Below are positions 17,196-20,762 of a stretch of 20,762 nt of DNA, piece by piece. The position numbers and the translations under genes are program-made. Origin of the DNA: Chlamydiia bacterium (GTDB lineage Bacteria; Chlamydiota; Chlamydiia; Chlamydiales; Parachlamydiaceae). The number at the start of each line of letters is the position of its first letter. Position 1 is the stretch's first letter. The notes below the pieces were generated by a model, which saw only the letters and a list, made by a program, of their open reading frames with translations, was not told the origin of the DNA and searched no databases. The stretch covers positions 1 through 20,762 of the forward strand of contig JBBSJT010000034.1 in the NCBI GenBank assembly GCA_038257035.1. Reading direction: 5' to 3'.

Positions 17196-17254
17196 AAAAG
17201 TGCTCCTTCTTAAGCGGTAATGGGTCCCTATTATATTAATAAAAAAAGAACCTT

Positions 17255-17284
17255 ATTCTAAACCAGCCTACCCTTTTTAAGCAA
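17255..17284 (-). promoter_or_regulatory. Putative promoter TTGCTT-18-TAGAAT for uhpC-dnaE-bamD-lptE
   Basis: Near-consensus hexamers on the minus strand about 60 nt upstream of the uhpC start. Confidence 0.5.
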
Positions 17285-17342
17285 CCACTCTTTTTTTTTC
17301 ACCATAGAGAGATCCTAGCTTTGCACTTTATAGCATTTTGAA

Positions 17343-17446
17343 TTTTTACCAGTGAGGCAGTGAGAAAGACATGAGGAAAGTGAGGGTCTCTGAATTCCTT
17401 ACCTCTCACTGAGCTCATGTCTTTCTCACTGCCTCACTGGTAAAAA
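17343..17446. repeat. Palindromic element with perfect 33-bp arms
   Basis: TTTTTACCAGTGAGGCAGTGAGAAAGACATGAG (17343-17375) is inverted at 17414-17446. It has 8-mer CAGTGAGR units and the same layout as 10222-10310. Confidence 0.85.
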
Positions 17447-17543
17447 AATCTGAGACTTTGATATCATTAATGACCCTCTGAACTTCCTTCGCTTTTTTGC
17501 ACCCTTGATCTCGTCGGTAAAAGGTAACATATTGTCTAATAAC

Positions 17544-17572
17544 TTGACTCCATATCTCCAATATGGTATATC
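17544..17572 (+). promoter_or_regulatory. Putative promoter TTGACT-17-(TG)TATATC
   Basis: Near-consensus -35, 17-nt spacer and a TG extension, upstream of the ATG at 17631. Confidence 0.5.
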
Positions 17573-17630
17573 CTGCGTGAAGCATCAGGTTTTTGAATTT
17601 TTTAGGAAGGGTGATTATTAATAAAACATT

Positions 17631-19706
17631 ATGATTAAATTAACGGTAAATCCTAAATTAAATCCTGTTGTTCACACCTTTGAAAAAAAGGTTGTTTTGA
17701 TCGGCTCCGGATCTTCCCCTGATATTGACCTGATATTAAATGAGCTAGAGCAAGACTCTATTCAAATTAAAATTTTAGATCACAACGGCTACTTTCTAGC
17801 AATTAACGTTGCAAACGACCCTACGATCAAATTTAATGGGCTTTTTTTCAAAAAAAAAGTATTAAAAAACAATGATCTCTTGCAAATCGGTTCTGTCTCC
17901 ATCGAATTCAATCATGATCTTGCCGAAGATCCGACCGGTCCAAACTCAGCAATTGAAACAGATAAAAACGATAAGCCACTTGACGAGCAGGAAAAAAAAT
18001 TAGCCCTACAAGGCTTCACTAATAAACCGAGTAACTGGAAATTACTACTTTCTATTATTTTGGCTGTAATTGTCCTATTTAGCATTTGCTTTTCCGTTTT
18101 TTACGTTAATATTATTGAACAAACTGAAAAAGAAGAAATAAAAGCAATCGAAGGTGTTGCCGATGTTGCCATGGCACTTACTTACGCACAAATTCATCAT
18201 ATTAATCCGTTAGCGCAAAATTGGTCTAACCCCGATTTCTTAAAAAACAATTTTTCCTCCATCATTCCCTCAGATTACCCTTTTTTAGTTAATATTGACT
18301 CTGTCGGACAATTTAATAATTGCCCCTACATTCTGCGCATTTATACGGACCACGATTTTTCAAGTTTTCTTGTCATTGCTTTACCAGATTCAAGCTTACT
18401 TCAATCAATTGCTCCTAAAAATGCGATTGTTGTGCATTCTAAAACAATGGAGCTAAGGAAAATTGAAGATTTGCGAGCTTTAAACAGATTGCTTGTAAAT
18501 TCCAATACTTTAGATGGTGCTAACGGAAGCGAAATTGTCAATCTTGTCAAAAACGGAACTTTAATTCCCCTTGCAAAACTTGTTAAAAAAACAAAAGATC
18601 AAGGTTTTGCCCCTCCAAAGGCCCTAGGGTTGAGGCGACCTGGTGCAGAAAATTACATATACAATGCTCCTCGTTACTACCAATTTAGTGACACTTATGT
18701 CAGACGCGCCCTTTATTTAATGAAAACATCAGAAACCAGTAGCCATGAAATGGCAAGGCTTCAACATGAAATCTTGCAGATGTCAAAATTACCAAATCTT
18801 GTTCTTTACTCATCTGACGGAATTGAAACTGCCATCCAAGCAGAAAAAGCCTTTAGAACTTTAGCTCCATTTGGAAAATTTTTAAATGCCTACGTAATTT
18901 CCAATACGGAAGGACAAATTTTGGGTAGTCATTTGATTATGGAAGCCGACCAAAGCAAATTTCAAAAAAATGATTGGTCCTCAGTAGAATTTAAAAGCCC
19001 GGATTTTGAAAACTCCCTGATAGGATCTGTTTCTGAAAGAGAGACATCTCACCCACTGGAATTCCAACTCTCCAATTTAGCAATCTCAAGGAGTGAATCC
19101 TTAAAACTAATTGCTGAAAAAATTAACGCTCTCATGGATCGCCAAATTGAAGAATATCGATCAGAATTTAGTGCAGAACTTGCCGATCTTGCGATTGAAT
19201 TTCAGCAAAAAGATTTTGAGGAAAAAGAAAAAATTGCAAGAACCTTAACCAAACTTTATGAAGACTACACAACTTTACCCCTTGTAGAGGCATTATCTTA
19301 CGTTAAAGCTGCAGGTCTTGAGCCGATACTCCTTGAAATTCTTGCAAAACAGGAAAAAGTATTAGAAACCCAAGATGTATCTGAAGAGCTCATTGGAGCC
19401 GAAATGCAAATCATTAAAAAAGCTAAAACATTTAAAGAATTGGATGAGAGTTTAACTAAAGCAATCGATCTACTTAACTTGAAATTTATACCAAAACCTC
19501 AATTATTGATGACCTACCAAAATGAAACAAAACTTCTTGTCATTGAAAAGCTTGAACAATTTTTGCTAAACGCAAACTTTCAACTGCCAAAAAGTGAATT
19601 TGACGTTAAAAACCGCGATATTTTAAATCACATTTTAGATTTATCTTGGATCACAGATCCACATGAAGCCTCATTTTATCTAAATGAGTTCGATCTTTTA
19701 AAATAA
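17631..19706 (+). CDS. Membrane-anchored hypothetical protein with degenerate N-terminal FHA-like domain
   Basis: Residues ~1-95 show FHA-like patterning (V.IG.....D..L; I.FNG......L...D.LQIG...I.F). One TM helix LLLSIILAVIVLFSICFSVFYV precedes a long C-terminal region. Confidence 0.75.
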   Translation: MIKLTVNPKLNPVVHTFEKKVVLIGSGSSPDIDLILNELEQDSIQIKILDHNGYFLAINVANDPTIKFNGLFFKKKVLKNNDLLQIGSVSIEFNHDLAEDPTGPNSAIETDKNDKPLDEQEKKLALQGFTNKPSNWKLLLSIILAVIVLFSICFSVFYVNIIEQTEKEEIKAIEGVADVAMALTYAQIHHINPLAQNWSNPDFLKNNFSSIIPSDYPFLVNIDSVGQFNNCPYILRIYTDHDFSSFLVIALPDSSLLQSIAPKNAIVVHSKTMELRKIEDLRALNRLLVNSNTLDGANGSEIVNLVKNGTLIPLAKLVKKTKDQGFAPPKALGLRRPGAENYIYNAPRYYQFSDTYVRRALYLMKTSETSSHEMARLQHEILQMSKLPNLVLYSSDGIETAIQAEKAFRTLAPFGKFLNAYVISNTEGQILGSHLIMEADQSKFQKNDWSSVEFKSPDFENSLIGSVSERETSHPLEFQLSNLAISRSESLKLIAEKINALMDRQIEEYRSEFSAELADLAIEFQQKDFEEKEKIARTLTKLYEDYTTLPLVEALSYVKAAGLEPILLEILAKQEKVLETQDVSEELIGAEMQIIKKAKTFKELDESLTKAIDLLNLKFIPKPQLLMTYQNETKLLVIEKLEQFLLNANFQLPKSEFDVKNRDILNHILDLSWITDPHEASFYLNEFDLLK

Positions 19707-19718
19707 GGACTTAATACT

Positions 19719-20762
19719 ATGATCTCTACACCACCTGGCGTCTTTGATATTCTTCCTATCAAACAAATAAATAATGAATGGCGCAATTCTTCCATTTGGC
19801 AATATGTTGAAACAATGATGCGTCAAACGGCAAAAGATTTTGGCTATAAAGAAATCAGGACCCCGATTTTTGAAAAAACAGAACTCTTTGTTAGAAGTGT
19901 TGGTGAAACATCAGATATTGTCACCAAAGAAATGTATACTTTCCAAGATAAGGGAAATCGCTCAATGACCCTACGTCCTGAAGGAACAGCTCCTGTCATA
20001 AGATCGTTTATTGAAAATCAATTGCACACACATGCAAGCATTACCAAATTATTTTATATCGCACCGATGTTCCGCTACGAAAGATCACAGGCAGGAAGAT
20101 ACCGTCAGCATCATCAATTTGGAGCAGAATCCATCGGAAATGGCTCAGCATTACAAGATGTTGAAATGATCGACATGCTCTATACTCTTTATAAGCGTTT
20201 AAACTTAAAAAATTTGACCGTATACATTAATTCAATTGGTGACAAAACATCGCGCGATAATTTTAGAAAAGCGCTAACAAATTATTACCAACAGCACTTA
20301 GAGCTATTATCCTCTGATAGCAAAGTACGCTTTGAAAAAAATCCACTTCGCATCTTAGATTCAAAAGATGAGGGCGACATAGCCATCAACAAAAATGCAC
20401 CTTCGATCTTAGATTATCTTGAACCCCAAGCAAAAGAGCATTTTGAAGATGTTAAGCGTCTTTTAACTAAATTGGACATTCCCTTTGTCATCAATGAAAA
20501 ACTTGTTCGGGGTTTAGACTATTACAATAAAACTGTTTTTGAAATTACCGCAGGCGAACTTGGCAGTCAAAATAGTGTAGGCGGAGGCGGTCGCTACGAT
20601 GGACTTTTAAAATCATTAGGCGGGCCGGATTTACCCTCAATTGGTTTTGGTACTGGAATTGAGCGCATCATTCAGACAATGATTGCACAAAATGTTTCCT
20701 ACCCCGAAAAACAAGAACTACAATTATTTATTATTGCCTTGGGCGATGAGGCAAAGGAAGCT
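19719..20762 (+). CDS. hisS: Histidyl-tRNA synthetase, 3'-truncated by the window edge (not in ORF track)
   Basis: AAGGA RBS and ATG at 19719 (MISTPPGVFDILP). Motifs RTPIFE, KEMYTF, LRPEGTA, MFRYER.QAGRYRQHHQ, LVRGLDYY, GGGRYD, GFGTGIER. Confidence 0.97.
   Translation, partial: MISTPPGVFDILPIKQINNEWRNSSIWQYVETMMRQTAKDFGYKEIRTPIFEKTELFVRSVGETSDIVTKEMYTFQDKGNRSMTLRPEGTAPVIRSFIENQLHTHASITKLFYIAPMFRYERSQAGRYRQHHQFGAESIGNGSALQDVEMIDMLYTLYKRLNLKNLTVYINSIGDKTSRDNFRKALTNYYQQHLELLSSDSKVRFEKNPLRILDSKDEGDIAINKNAPSILDYLEPQAKEHFEDVKRLLTKLDIPFVINEKLVRGLDYYNKTVFEITAGELGSQNSVGGGGRYDGLLKSLGGPDLPSIGFGTGIERIIQTMIAQNVSYPEKQELQLFIIALGDEAKEA

Overview
AT-rich bacterial chromosomal window, most likely from an environmental chlamydia (Parachlamydiaceae-like), inferred from the chlamydial-type gene block lptE-bamD-dnaE-uhpC with divergent hisS and a GroEL paralogue without a GGM tail. 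Housekeeping genes: a 5'-truncated groEL, a YkgJ-family/Mrp/phosphoglucomutase operon, uhpC-dnaE-bamD-lptE, and a 3'-truncated hisS that is missing from the ORF track. Accessory content: two paralogous small genes sharing an F-box-like N-terminal module but with different C-termini (Sel1 repeats vs heptad coiled coil), a 1065-aa repeat/coiled-coil orphan, a 42-aa membrane microprotein with a strong promoter, and a 691-aa degenerate-FHA membrane protein. The intergenic DNA holds at least four families of REP/MITE-like palindromes, with no transposase in the window. The most striking structure is 9346-10535: a ~1.19 kb nested unit in which 30-bp inverted repeats and internal ~40-bp direct repeats enclose one F-box-like gene, resembling a non-autonomous effector-carrying cassette. 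All calls come from reading motifs by eye; no database searches were run.
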